Shown one piece after another: positions 1-12,755 of a stretch of 64,000 nt of DNA. Position numbers and translations under genes: made by a program. Source of the stretch: Hydrolagus colliei. Its lineage: Eukaryota. The first letter of the stretch is position 1; the number at the start of each line of letters is the position of its first letter. The notes below the pieces were generated by a model. It was not told where the DNA came from and made no database searches. It was given only the letters and a program-made list of their open reading frames with translations. The stretch lies in the NCBI GenBank assembly GCA_035084275.1, contig CM068745.1, positions 70,184,001 to 70,248,000 of the forward strand, written 5' to 3'.

Positions 1-1079
1 GTGTTTATCTGACAGAAGCACGAATGTTTTTAATAAAAGTGTATTTTATGAGGAGAAAAGAGAATTCCACAATCTTAAGTTTCTGGAGAGGAATGAGTTT
101 GAGTAGGAGACAGTCTAATGCATTTCACTTCAGCACAGTCATAATACAGGAATAAAACTGGAGAAGAACTGAATATAATTGTCTTCGGCTTCTGAATATC
201 CATCCCGAAACTAGGCTTTATTGAAAGCTGATTTGTGTGTGCTGGTGTTTTTGATGCAAAATAATAGAGATGATTTTTATTTAATTTCCTACCCTGTGGC
301 CATATGCTCCTGCCCCTATTCATCATTGCAGCACACAAAATGATCATTTTGGTATTGGAAAGACAGCATATCACACCTAGTAACTCACAGATCATCTCTT
401 TCCTGTCATTAACATTTTTGGCCTTTACTAAATCAAATCTGCTTTCAGCTCTATTTTTCTTGAGAGCATTTTTGCTGTCTCGATGTTTCAGTAATTGAGA
501 GCATTTTTGCTGTCTCGATGTTTAAGTCATTTAAAGCAATTTGCAATCGTTCCTGAAATAAAATTGGTCGTTCATTTAATGGCTGTCTGTGGGACACGCC
601 TGTGTACAATTCAACTGCTTGGTTCGCCTACAAATACAGAGTCAATCCATTTCACTGTAAATCCTGTAAAGCTCTGTGGGACGCTCTCCTTTGTGAATGG
701 CACTATAACAAATGTAAGGTTTAAAGATTAGTATGATCTGGCTGTCACAGCAATATTGAGTTGTATCAGGAGTTTTACTGAATGAATAAGTTGCCTGATT
801 GGAATGACTTGATCATTCAATGGAATATAAAAAAACAGCAAATGGAAATTTTAGTCTATTTAATAATAATAATAATGCATTTTATGTAGCGCTTTGTCAT
901 GTTGAAAAGGGTTTCACAAAATAAGTTCTTAAAAAATAATAATAGTACTGTAACAGACAAATGGGGCATTTAATTTATACCACCTAGTCTTAGCCTATCA
1001 TTAGCCTAAAACAGTTATACCGTGAAATTCAAGATCACTCACAATTGTGGAAAATTATAAAATTCAATCTTACAATACA

Positions 1080-1880
1080 ATATAATATTACAGTTGTAAA
1101 GTGCCTTTCGCGCCAGGAGGACGCCCTCAGATGCTGAACAGTTAAGGATTAGGATCCGATTAGGGTGGGGCGGTGGGGGGGTTTGGGGTCAGGGAGGGTG
1201 GAAGGTAGAGAAGGTAGGAGGATGGCTGGGTTGGGAGAAGGCAGAACAGGTCATGGCATGGATGTGGGGGAGAAAGGACAGTTGAGGGTCAAACAAGATG
1301 CCCAGATTCCTGACTGGTTTGGTGAGTTGGAGTGTCCATCCTTGGATGCTGATGCTGCCAGTGGCTGAGGTGTGGAGGTGCTTACGCGAGTCATTCAAGA
1401 GGGCCTTGGTCTTGCTGACATTCAACTGTAGAAAGTTGGCTCTCTTCCAGGACTTGATGTCTGATAGGCAGTGGTCCTGGAGTCAAGGGTGGAGGCAGAT
1501 ATATAAAGTTGGGTGTGGTTCGCAAGCATGTGGAAGTTGACCCCATGTCTGCAGATGATATCATCGAGAGGCAGAATATATAGGTTGAAGAGGAGAAAAC
1601 TGAGGACAGAACATTGAGGAACACAAATTCTGCATGCGATGGTGTAGGCTGGAGGAGAAGCCGTTTGCGGAGACAAAGTTGAGCCGGTGTGAGAAGTAGG
1701 ACCTGAACCATTCAAGGACAGAATCATGAAGGTTGAGGTGAGACGAGAAGCAGTGGAGAAGGATAGAGTGGTCCACAGTGTCAAAGGCAGCAGAGAAGTC
1801 GAAGAGGACAAGGAAACATAGGGAGCCCTGGTCACAGATAGACGAAATATCATCAATGTCATCGGATGGACAGAATGTCA
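1080..1880 (-). mobile_element. L2 LINE fragment (RT C-terminal part plus 3' tail, internally deleted)
   Basis: Minus-strand ORFs contain L2 RT motifs ([19 protein letters not shown]; VRNLGILFDPQLSFLPHI). L2-type tail at about 1080-1215. Confidence 0.9.
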
Positions 1881-2148
1881 ATCTTAATTTGAAGCTGGGT
1901 TTCTCTTAAAATGCCTAAAATATGTGTGGATTTAAGAATTTTCTAGACATCTATTGAATTTTCAGGCAACATTTATCTTACTGGCTATTACTAGGTGGAA
2001 TTTCAGGCTTTCAGAGAATTCCTTTGGAAATATGCCATACTTTTAGATCTTTAATATTCACCTGGACCATGACAGAAAACACCTCTGTGTTAATGTTTGC
2101 CTGAAAATGGTATTTCTAATAAGTCTCTACTAGTATTGCACTGGAGTA

Positions 2149-3250
2149 TCATAAGAACAAAAGCATTTGCTTGATGAAAGAAGACCATCTAGTTCACCGT
2201 CCATCAATCTGGCTCTTGACATCTTATGTCTCAAACTATATACTGTAACCCAAAATATTATTTTCTATCAGAAATCTATCTAATTTGTTCTTGAAACAAA
2301 CAACATTTTCTGCTTCCTCTGTCTCCCTATGGAGCCTATTCCATAAGTTTACTACCCGCTCAAGTTAACCCTTCTTCGATTGCAGGCCATGTCCTTTGGA
2401 CCTTGGGACGTCCTCCCAACATGAAAGGCGCTCTATAAATGTAACTTTGTTGTTGTTGTTGTTCGGTTCTACCGTTCAGAGCAATAAAGCTTATTCTAGT
2501 CCTCTCATTCTACTGTTCACTGCACGATCAAACAGTTTATCATGATCTTCATTATCTGTTCCCTTCAGAATCGTAATCACCATAATCATATCGCCCCTCA
2601 ACCTTCTCTTCTCAAGTGTGAACATGCCCAGTTAGTCTAATCACTCCTTGTAGTCCAGTCCCTCCATCCCCTCAATCATTTTGGTTGCCCTCCTCTGTAT
2701 CCTCTCAATCATTGCAATATTCTAATTACAGTATATTGAGATGACCAGAACTGCACATAGTATTCCAAGTGTGATCACACCAGTGATTATGGCAGGATTA
2801 CCCCCAATATTTCAGCTCATTATTGCCCTTTTAATACAGATTAGCATCTGGTTTGCCGTACTCACTGCTACTGAGCACTGTTGGGATCCCTTTTAATTTG
2901 TTATCGATCAGTGTCCCCAAGTCTGTTTCATTTTCTGTACGGATTATTCTCTTACCATTTAAATAATAGTCCCCATGTAAAGCATCTTCCATTGATCTGC
3001 CCAATGCGTAAGAATGTTCAAGTCCTCCTATAATCAATCCTGTTTATCTTTGCAGTCTACTGCCTGCATTAGCTATGTGTCATCTGCAAATTTTACCACT
3101 GTGCTTGTGACTCATTTGTGAAGATGTTAAATAAAAGAGGTCCCAAAGCAGACCCCAGTGGAACTTCACTCACGTAACATTCTCCCAGCCTGATGCCACT
3201 CCCAGCCTGGTACCTGTGTTCTATCAGTCAGCCAATTAGTATCCATTGAA
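2149..3250 (-). mobile_element. Degraded CR1 LINE 3' fragment, with a + strand L2 tail inserted at about 2399-2463
   Basis: Reverse complement gives the KFADD-like gtggtaaaatttgcagatgac, an ENETDLG motif and a CR1-type 3' end (cataagaac). The nested piece ends ...aaaggcgctctataaatgtaactt(tgt)n. Confidence 0.8.
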
Positions 3251-3699
3251 AGACACTTCCTCTGATTCCCGCTTTCGTTTACACTACGTTACAAGGTCAA
3301 ATTCTGGTGTGAGGCTTAAACCCACAACATTGTGTCCCAGAAGTCAGGGTTCTACCGGATTAACCAAACTGACAGTATGTATCAATCTGTTTCTGGATTA
3401 TAAACTTTTCAGTGTCTATCCTAACCTCAGAGATTCAAGTTAGAAGACTGACGTGAAATTGAATAATATATACTTCATCAAAGGTAGTGATCCTGAGATT
3501 GCAACTCCAAAAATCATATAAATCACAGCAAAGGAGGAGAGCATTCAGCCCATTGAACATATGATAGTGCTAGCTCCTACACCAGAACTAACTGTTCTGA
3601 TCCCAATTCCCTGCAATTTCCCATTAACTTAATATTCTTCCTTTTTAAATGTTTAAGAGGCATCAAATTGCAGCATTGTTAAGTGCTCCGAAACGCTAA

Positions 3700-4115
3700 G
3701 CCATATGAAGGGCTCTATATTAATGGAGGAACTGAACCTATTTTCACTGAAACAGAGAAGATTAAGGGTAACTCTTTATAATATGATATGATATAACTCT
3801 TTAAATTGATGAGAGTATTTGATACAGTCAATGAGGACACATTATTTCCACTGGTCGCTGAATCATTTTAAGATTAATTAGAAAGGGAGCAAATGGGAAG
3901 ATTAGGAGGTGTTTTTTTAACATGAAGATTATATGGAATGCCCTGCCAAATAATTTTGTGTAATGGCAGACTTCATATTATCTTTCACAAGAGAACAAGA
4001 TAGATGTCTATAAAATAGTAATTTGCAGGGATTTGGGGAAAGGTCAGGTAAATGAGACTGGATGGATTGCTCTTTTAATGGTCTTCTTCTGTGCTGTATA
4101 TTTTTATGTTTCAAT
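3700..4115 (+). mobile_element. Degraded CR1 LINE 3' fragment
   Basis: agagaagattaagggg...tatggaatgccctgcc...tggtcttcttctgtgctgta...tatgtttcaatg resembles the 3' end of the 7757-8728 copy. Confidence 0.65.
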
Positions 4116-4354
4116 GGTTCTAATTCTTTTTGATTGTTTCATTCTTAATGGCCACTTGTTTTTAACTATTCGACTTTCTAATAAATCTGGACATCACAAA
4201 TGTTTCTTCTAATCATAACTCTTCCAATGTCTATCCTAACATCATGTCTCCTTATTATCAATTTACCTAACAGCAAGAAGAATATTTCTCTCTCAAAAAA
4301 CATTTAAAATCTTCAAAAAAAAAACATTATCAATGGAAAAAACAAAATTGTGTG

Positions 4355-4635
4355 TTACATTGTCAGAGGTGCCATCCTTTGGATGAGACATTAAACGTGG
4401 ACATATCTGCCTGCAAATGGATGTTAAAGATCTCATGGCACGATTCAACAAGAGAAGGGTATTTCTCCCGGTGTCTTGGGCAACAACACCCCAAAATAAA
4501 ATTGCTCACTCCATGGCTGTTTGTGGGACACTGGTGTACACAATTAGCTGAGGCGTTTTTCCCACAAAATAAACAGTCAATCCACTTTACAGTATTGAAG
4601 CACTTTGAGAAGGATCAAATGCAAGGAATATAAAT
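4355..4635 (+). mobile_element. DeuSINE-like SINE, 5'-truncated
   Basis: Deu-domain-like gaggtgccatcctttggatgagacattaaac...gttaaagatctcatggcac followed by the shared tail. Confidence 0.7.
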
Positions 4636-4693
4636 TATTATATCCTGCAAAGAGCTGTGAGACAATGCCTCAACAATTAATAAGGCACCATAA

Positions 4694-5235
4694 GGAGCTC
4701 CTGTAGCTCAGTGGTTAGAGCACTCACCTTACAAGCGTGAGACCTGTGTTCGAATCCAGGCAGATCAGGGCAAAACCTTGGGCAAGTTTCCTTACAACAA
4801 CAACAAAAAAAAAATTACATTTAAAGAGCGCCTTTCATGTCGGGAAGATGTCCCAAAGTGCTGAACAATCGGGACGAGACCTGAGCAGGGAGGGAAGGGT
4901 CGGGGTAGGGGGAAGGGGAGGAAAGTAGGAGAAGGGGAAGAGTTAGGAGGGGAGCAGAAGGCACGGTCGAAGAGGAAGGTCTTGAGACCGGCCTTGAAGG
5001 AGGAAACAATTCCTTACTACACATGCCTAATAATAATCCATAAAAAAAAAAACAATAATAAAAATTGGTCATTTTCAATGCACGAAAGTTTGTGGGACAT
5101 TGCTGTGCACAATTGGCTGGCGCATTTCACCCACAAATATACAGTCAATTCACTTTACAGCATATTCTGTGAAGCGCTTTGAGACATCGATAAGATGTGA
5201 AAAGCACTATATCAAAATGTGAGGATTATTGTTAT
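4694..5235 (+). mobile_element. tRNA-derived SINE (family A, short form) interrupted by an antisense L2 3' end at 4796-5009
   Basis: Head GGAGCTCCTGTAGCTCAGTGGTTAGAGC (A box) and GTTCGAATCC (B box). The insert is flanked by the 8-bp duplication TTCCTTAC (4788-4795 and 5010-5017). Confidence 0.9.
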
Positions 5236-7756
5236 ATCAAATTCAAGGATTATTATTCTTATGAAAAGCTACTTATACCAAGTTGATGGCTACTATGATC
5301 CAATTGTACAGCATGAGAAATCTATTTACACCAGATGAATACCAAACTGCTGTATATTTTCTGCTTATGGGTTCGTTTTCCAAAGAACTATATTAAAAAT
5401 ATATAAATTTATAAAATGTCTTATCTCACAAGGTTATAAAGCACAATTAGTGTTCCATGTTGTTTCAAGTCTTTTATTTACAAGTCCAAAAGCAATATAG
5501 TTTTGAATATAAAAATAGCATGTTTAAAACACTTAAAACGGGTGGAAACCTTAATACAGTACGGAAATTTGCCTGTATCTGGAATGGATGGTGCCCTCTC
5601 TACCTGAAGGTACACATCCTGTTTGCCTAATTCAAAGAGCATTCAAAGTGCAGGCTTGTAAGAGGCAAGGAGACCCCAAAGGGTGATTTGTGGCACTGCT
5701 GGAGTTTAATCAACTAAAACCACATAGTTTACCATTATGGGACCTGTCACACAAGTTTCTTACTGCTTGTCCAGCCAGAACCACCATGACTGTTAATAAT
5801 AATAATCCATGTGTTTGTTATAGCACTTCATCGTGTCTTCTAGAAGTCTCAAGGCACTTCACAGAATATACCGTAAAGTGAATTGACTGTACATTTATGG
5901 GCGAAACACAGCAGCCAATTGCATACAGCAGTTAAAGCTTTGACTTGCAGAAGAAACCAAGTGGGAAGTATCATTGTTTGGGAACAAATCCCAATTTTCC
6001 TGATCAAATCGTCAGATCCAAAAGCATGTTAGCAAAAGTAAAAGGAGAGAGAGGCTTACATCTGAATATACTGTATACCCAAGTCTATCCTGTGACCCCT
6101 CAATCTAAATTTAACATGGTTATTTTGTGGCTGTTTCTCAGATTTTTAGTGATACAGCAATAACTCTGTAATTGTTCTGTTGAGAACTGTGGAAGCCAGG
6201 CTACTGTCAGCTGTTACCAAATCATTAACATTGATTTCCCTGGCACTCACGCCTGGAAGTGAGTCAGGAAAGGTAAAACTTGGCAGGAGATTAGCCTTAA
6301 GGTTGAGAAGAAAACAAAGTGGAACCAGCTTTTAATTTAAGGCATTCAAGAGGTTTACTGATGCAAACTTCTCTAATTTTCATGTATTGGTGAGATACAT
6401 AGAACTCTCAGTTTAGTTGGAATATTCTGATGTATGGAGTTGGGTTTCCGCATGTGACAGACATCTGGCTGACCCCAAAAGAAGTCTGGAACAGCAGATG
6501 TATGACGATAACCGCAAGTTCAATTACTACTGACCTGCTATCATGCAATTTTATGATCCATTGCTTCTCATGCATTTTAAATGAATGTTGCTTCTGGAAC
6601 TTTGGCAGCGAAGAGAGGGAAATGGTAACCAAGCATGAATTCCAATAAAGAGTATGTTTTAGTGAGACAGTATTATATGGCTGGGTAAAGACCGCAAATC
6701 CATTTTATTGGCAGTAAAACAAAAATGCCTCCAAAGAAAGGCCCAACCTGTTACAATCAATAAAATCTATGATTTTCCAAGTGCACTGCATGAGGCAGAG
6801 GATTGCAAAAAAAAAGATTTCAATAGGTTGCTGGTAATAATTATATTGACTTAAGTATATCAATAAAAACAAAAGGCAAAGGGATTGGAGTTTATGTAAG
6901 AGGTGGTTTAAAAGGATTAAAATTTTGGAACATGGCAGGCCAATCAAACCTAATGGGATTTGCCTCTAAAATTGCAGCTAAGTTTTTTTTTGTTCACTGG
7001 TAGTAAGTACTGTAAATGTATGATGAAAAGTTTACATGACCCTCAAAGACCTTGAGACCTGACCAGTTAATGTTCACACAAGACATTGCAGAGGTCTTGG
7101 GATCATCAAGCATTTGATTTTCCTTGTCTATAGGCATTCATATAACTGACAATTTCATTCCGGCTGTTCATCCAGCATTTTTTTAAAAGGAATGAATCAA
7201 CAAAACATTCAGGGATTTTGCTGGGAGTCTGATTTAAATATCACTACTCCATTGGGGGTGGGGGAGGGGGGGAGAAATATCTTTTGATTACTGTATTAAT
7301 CTTGCTTGAAATTGTTCATTGTTGGAATTGTGCCCTCTATTTCTGCATCCAGGCACAACAACCTGCACTTGTCATAAAATATCTTCACATAGGATGCAGT
7401 GCTGCACAGTGGCGGATTACCAAGCAAGGAGGAAAGGAGAGAATACTTAAAGATGTTGATCAGAAGCTTGGTCAAAGAGACAAATTACTAGGGCATTTTT
7501 AAAGGCAGGGAATGAAGGGACAAAGCAAAATAATTTGGGGGGAATTCCAGAGTGGTTGAAGGCTCGCCACGAGCAATGCAATGGAAAAACTGCAACTACA
7601 TGCTTTTGGTGTTTGAGTGAGTGCCTAGTTCAAAATCAGAGTAATATTGGTCTGTTGAAGTTTCAACAATAAAAGCTTGATAATATTTAATAGAGAGATA
7701 TCTTATTAATGTTAATGCAGAGCAGGAAACAATACCACTTTTATTACTGCATGATT

Positions 7757-8728
7757 TTAATATGCATTAATGATTTGGATTTCAGTTTAGGGAGTATGGT
7801 TTCCAAATTTGCAGATGATACAAAGTTAGGGAGAATAGTAAATAGTGAGGAGGATAGTAGCCATCTGCAAGAGGATATAGATAAAATGGTAAAGTGGGCG
7901 GCAGACACCCAGATGAAGTTTAATACAGAGAAGTGTAAGGTGATACACTTTGGGAGAAGAAATGAGGGGAGGCAATATAGGCTAGCTAGTACAATTTTAA
8001 AGGGTGTGAAGGATCAGAGAGACCTGGGGATTTGTGTTAGTGACTCTTTGAAAGTGGCAGGACAGGTAGACAAAGCCGTTAAGAAGGCATATGGGATACT
8101 AGGCTTTATAAATAGGGGTATAGAATACAAAAGTCAGGAAGTGCTGCTTAACCTCTATAAGACTTTGGTTAGGCCTCAGCTGGAGTACTGTGTACAATTC
8201 TGGTCACCACACTTTAGGAAGGATATTAAGGCATTGGAAAGGGTGCAGAGGAGATTTACTAGGATGGTACCAGGAATGAGGACTTCAGCTACGAGGAAAG
8301 ACTAGATAGGCTAGGCTTATTCTCTCTAGAAAAAAGAAGATAGAGAGGAGACCTAATAGAGGTTTGTGAGATTATGAGAGGTTTCAAGAGGGTGAATAGG
8401 GAAAGACTGTTTCCACTGGTGGGCGAATCAGTGACTCGTGGTCACAGATTTAAAATAGTTTCAAAACAAAGCAGAGAGGAGCTGAGGAGAAATGTTTTCA
8501 CTCAGCGGGTTGTTCGAATCTGGAATGCATTGCCTGAAAAGGTGGTGGAGGCAGATTCCATAACAGCTTTTAAAAGGAAACTAGATCTTTATTTAGGAAG
8601 AGCAGGTTTGTTAGGTTATGGGGAGAAAGCTGTTCAGTGGGATTGAGTTGCTCTGTTCAAAGCGCCAGCACAGACTAGATGGGCTGAATGGCCTCCTTTT
8701 GTGCCGTATAATTCTATGATTCTATGAT
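7757..8728 (+). mobile_element. CR1 LINE, 5'-truncated (RT C-terminus plus 3'UTR), frameshifted near 8284
   Basis: INDLD...SKFADDTKLG...KFNTEKCKVIHFG...RDLG...LYKTLVRPQLEYCVQFWSP...RGHRFK...FTQRVVRIWNALP; ends in the CR1 terminal (ATTCTATG)n repeat. Confidence 0.95.
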
Positions 8729-10059
8729 TAATTATTTACCCATGACAATTATAGCCGTAAAATAAATCATCTGAAGAATGTGTGCAGTGGTCTTGTCAAA
8801 GTTAATGAATAGGACTGTTAGCCTGTGTACATGTGTGTGATGGTGCAAATGAGGATTTTGTGAGTCAGTTATAATAGTCTATTATCATGAGGCATTCAGG
8901 CATTGCTAACTCATTTGTAGGAGCTCTGCTTCCCAAAAACCACAAGACACTCAACTATCAGTGAGAAGTGCCTGTAATGTATCATCTCACCAGAGATTTC
9001 CTATTTTCATAGCAACTCTCATTGGAGAGCGATCAACCATGGACAACAGCAGCAAACGTTTTTGTAATCCATAATTAATTTGCAAACGTAAAGCCGTTTC
9101 ATATATCTGTTGAGGAGAAGCATGGAAGTGCTATTGACCATATGCTGAACTGTTATTTGGGAATCAAAGCAGTCCTTCATGTTAGGATGTTACACTTCTT
9201 AGGGTGAAGGACTAATTAGGTCAGTAAATCTGAAGAAGGCATATCAAGTATCTCTGTGTAAGTATTCATCAATGAACAGAAGCCCAGCAATCAAGGTGTG
9301 TGAGAATCAACACTCTCTTGACTGTCACTGTCAACAAATTCTGACACGAAGCTGGGAAAAGCAGCACAACTTAAAGGAAAAATGAAGGTCAAATAATAAT
9401 ACTGTTGGATGACAGGGCTATTGTATAAACATACTGTATTGAGGATAGTTGAATCAACAGTGTCTACACTATGGTCCACATGTCCCATATATGGTTCACA
9501 AACGTCTTATGCATTTTCAGGATTGAGGCTGAGGAGATCAGGTATAATAGTCAGTCTCAGATACAGGAGGCTGGGATTGAAGTTCAGTTGGTTAGTTGCT
9601 TCACTGTGGAATCCCTTGAGTCACAAATAAGGATAAAAATTAGGGTTAGGGTGGTTTATTTACAAGCCAGTCACACAGCGCTTCGCAGGATATGTGCTGG
9701 AAGCTGACCCCCACACCCCCTCAACACAAATGTTAAGCCTATACTCTCAAGCTTGAATCCTACCCCACCCTCTGAGTTCCATAATGTAAAGTGTACTGGT
9801 ATTAGTGTACTCTGCTAGTGCAGGGGTTTGCAGGATTCACAAGCTGGTTGAATGGTGTTTGCATATTGGCAGCAGCCTGTAGTTTGAACACTTTTGCAAG
9901 TGGCATAAACAGATGTGATTGGGAGCACAGAGCAGTGCCTTTCCTTTGGTCTCTGAAGCCTTTTCTTTCTGCGCTCACAAACAACCAGAAATAAGTGAGA
10001 CTGTGAAGGAGAGGATGGATTCACAGATGAATCCATCCTCTCCTTCACAATCTCACTGT

Positions 10060-10890
10060 ACCTCAGGGACCAGCAGCATCAGCATCTACGGATGCACACT
10101 TCACCTAACCAAGCCAGTCAGGAATCTTGGTGTCTTGTTTAATCCTGAATTGTCCTTTCTCCGCCATATCCATGCCATGAACAGCACCACCTTCTACTAT
10201 CTCCGCAACATTGCCCGGCTCCGTCACTGCCTCACCCCTCGGGCTGCTGAAACCCTTAAACATGCATTTGTCACAACTACTGCAACTCTCTCCTTGACAG
10301 CCTCTCCAACTCTTCCCTCCACAAGCTGGGGATCATCCCAAACTCTGTAGCTCATGTCCTCTCCCCCACCAGGCTCTGCGACCCCATCAACCCACCCTCG
10401 CCCGACTCCACTGGCTCCCCATTCCTCAGAGGATCGAATTCAAGATTCTTATCCATCCCATTGAAAGTTATCCTCACTTTCAAGGCCCTCCACAGCCTTG
10501 CCCCCTCCTACCTCTCTGACTCGCTGACCTGTCCGTATCAACCTGTCCGTTCCCTCCATTCAGCGGGCTTCGGCCTGCATCATGTCTTCCACCCAACCCG
10601 CCCTATCATCGGCGGCCGGGCTTTCAGCCTCTCTGCCCCTAAACTTTGGAACACCATTCCACAATCCCTTCACCTTGCTCCTTCCCTTGCCTCCTTCAAG
10701 GCCGGTCTTCTTCTCTTGCCTCCTCTTCAACCATGCCTTCAGTCACTGTCCTACTTCTCGGCCCTCCATCATGCCAAACCTGTTCCCCCCCTACCCACCC
10801 CCCGCTCGGGTCCCGACCAGTGAATGTTCAGGGCATTAGCATGTCCTCCCGACCTGCTCTACAAATGGAATTTTGTTGTTGTTTTTGTTT
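10060..10890 (+). mobile_element. L2 LINE, 5'-truncated
   Basis: VRNLGVLFNPELSF...YLRNIARLRHCLT...GRAFSLSAPKLWNTIP; tail ending in (TTG)n. Confidence 0.9.
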
Positions 10891-12595
10891 TTACTCAGAT
10901 CTGCCTCGACATTTGTCACCTGTTCTCCTCACTAACTCAATCTCTGACCTGGGATTATATATTCACTTCATCGGAAATATCAGTGGTGGAAATCTTCACT
11001 TTCTGCATTTCTCTTCAATAACTTTTAACAGGACATTGACAAACCCATTTGGAGTGAAGTTTCACAAACTCTTTTTATTCTGGATTGAGAGGCACTGTTG
11101 CAGGACAGCACTAATAGTTATTAATGTAATATTCCTCTCCTATTATGTATTATGTGCTTGTATTTACTCTACTGTTATTCAGCAGAGGCATTTTGGACCC
11201 CTTACCCTATCTCAAAACATACAAGAGAAATGTTATTAACTGTTGCAAAATCTGTTCTGTTTGTGACATTAACCTTCACCTTGGCTATGTACAACGTGTA
11301 ATAACGTCAGATTCAGGAAGCCCTTACTTAAATGATTAATTCATGTCTTCAGTCCTGCATTCCGCGCTTTTACTCTGCATTCTTCTTGTTGGATAGGTCA
11401 TCTCTCGAAGAGCCTTTGTTTGAAACTTAAATTCAATAATAGCCTGACCTATCCGTCCTTGTTCAGCCCTTGGGATGAGACATGTAATAGTTTATTTTAA
11501 TTCTATAACTAGAAAGTACATGGCTTGTGCCTACAACCGTTTTAACTTTTGATGAATTCTTACATACAAAAAATGAAATGTTCTGATGTCTAAAAGGTCG
11601 CAATTACATGGATAACTAAACAGCTAGTATCCTGCAGCAGCTTCCAGAGATTGATTCATGTTTAAAGCAATTTCCACAAACACTAAGCGTCAGTGGTCTT
11701 TTTATTCACCGTTAATAGTAATCAGACTTTTGGGAATGATGCTAACCAGATTAATTTTGACAGAACAATATTATCAAGAACCTAAACTAATTCTTAGCTC
11801 CATTATTCACAGTAGTTATGCCATGTTTAGAAATGCATTATTGTTGTACAATGGTTCTCAATTTAACGTGTTTCAGAATGTACAAGTCACAGCTATAAAT
11901 GGTAACATGTAATATTTTATTTTAATTTTATTTAGTATATTCTGCGAAGCGCTTTGAGACGTCTAGAAGATGTGGAAAGTGCTATATCAAATGCAAGGAT
12001 TTTTATTCTTATTTGGCCGCATTGCTATGTAATTTACTCTACTAAAATAGGCATTTTTAATTGGTTGTCTCGCTTTGTGTAACATCTGTTGAAATCATTA
12101 TTTTATTATTTTATTACCGGTGAAACCCTTAAGTATAAATTTAAATCAATCAAAGGAGAGTGTGGTGGTGGTGGGTGGGGGGAAGGCATAGGGAAAGACT
12201 AACAACAACAAAATTACATTTATAGAGCACCTTTCATGTCAGGAGGAAGTCCCAAGGCGCTAAATAACCTGTTATGGCTCCCTTCCATGTGAAAACCTGA
12301 GTGGCATTTACTTGCAAACCATTCTGCAATTGTATCCCTAGCAACAAACTGTTCCTGTTATTATGAATTACAGTATCAAGGGATAAGATGCCAAGAACAT
12401 ACTCCAATAAAATAATTGTGAAATCTACAAAGCTGCAAAAGCATTTTTCATGAATAATATTATAATACTTTTTTTTTCAAATAAGCCCAAACCATTTCCC
12501 AACTTTTTTGAATCCCAAGTCATATTAGTTTCCAAAAGATTTTATGTAAAATGTGAACTGAGTAATAAAAACAAGTACTGTTTAGCAACATCCCC

Positions 12596-12755
12596 TCTGT
12601 TGACTCAATAAGCTTATTCAGTGAATAACTGAGCCATATGGATAAGGAAGATGCCTATGTTGGCTGATCTCAGTCAGGGCAGCAATACAGAGTGCTACAA
12701 TTAGCCTCACCATCCTGTGTTAGTGAAGAAAATCAGTTGGCTTCTCACTCTTGCA
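12596..12755 (+). mobile_element. Old SINE-like repeat, family C (fragment)
   Basis: Shares CTGATCT.AG...G.GCAGCAAT....TGCTACAATT.GCCTC with 14493-14935. Confidence 0.55.

Noticed and set aside
460-523. 29-bp direct repeat with 35-bp period
   Set aside because: Real but an ordinary local slippage duplication.
7709-8646. Intact or domesticated reverse transcriptase gene
   Set aside because: 5'-truncated, frameshifted, and ends in a standard CR1 tail; a dead-on-arrival copy.
9640-9651. (TTAGGG)2 telomeric repeat
   Set aside because: Only two units; not meaningful.
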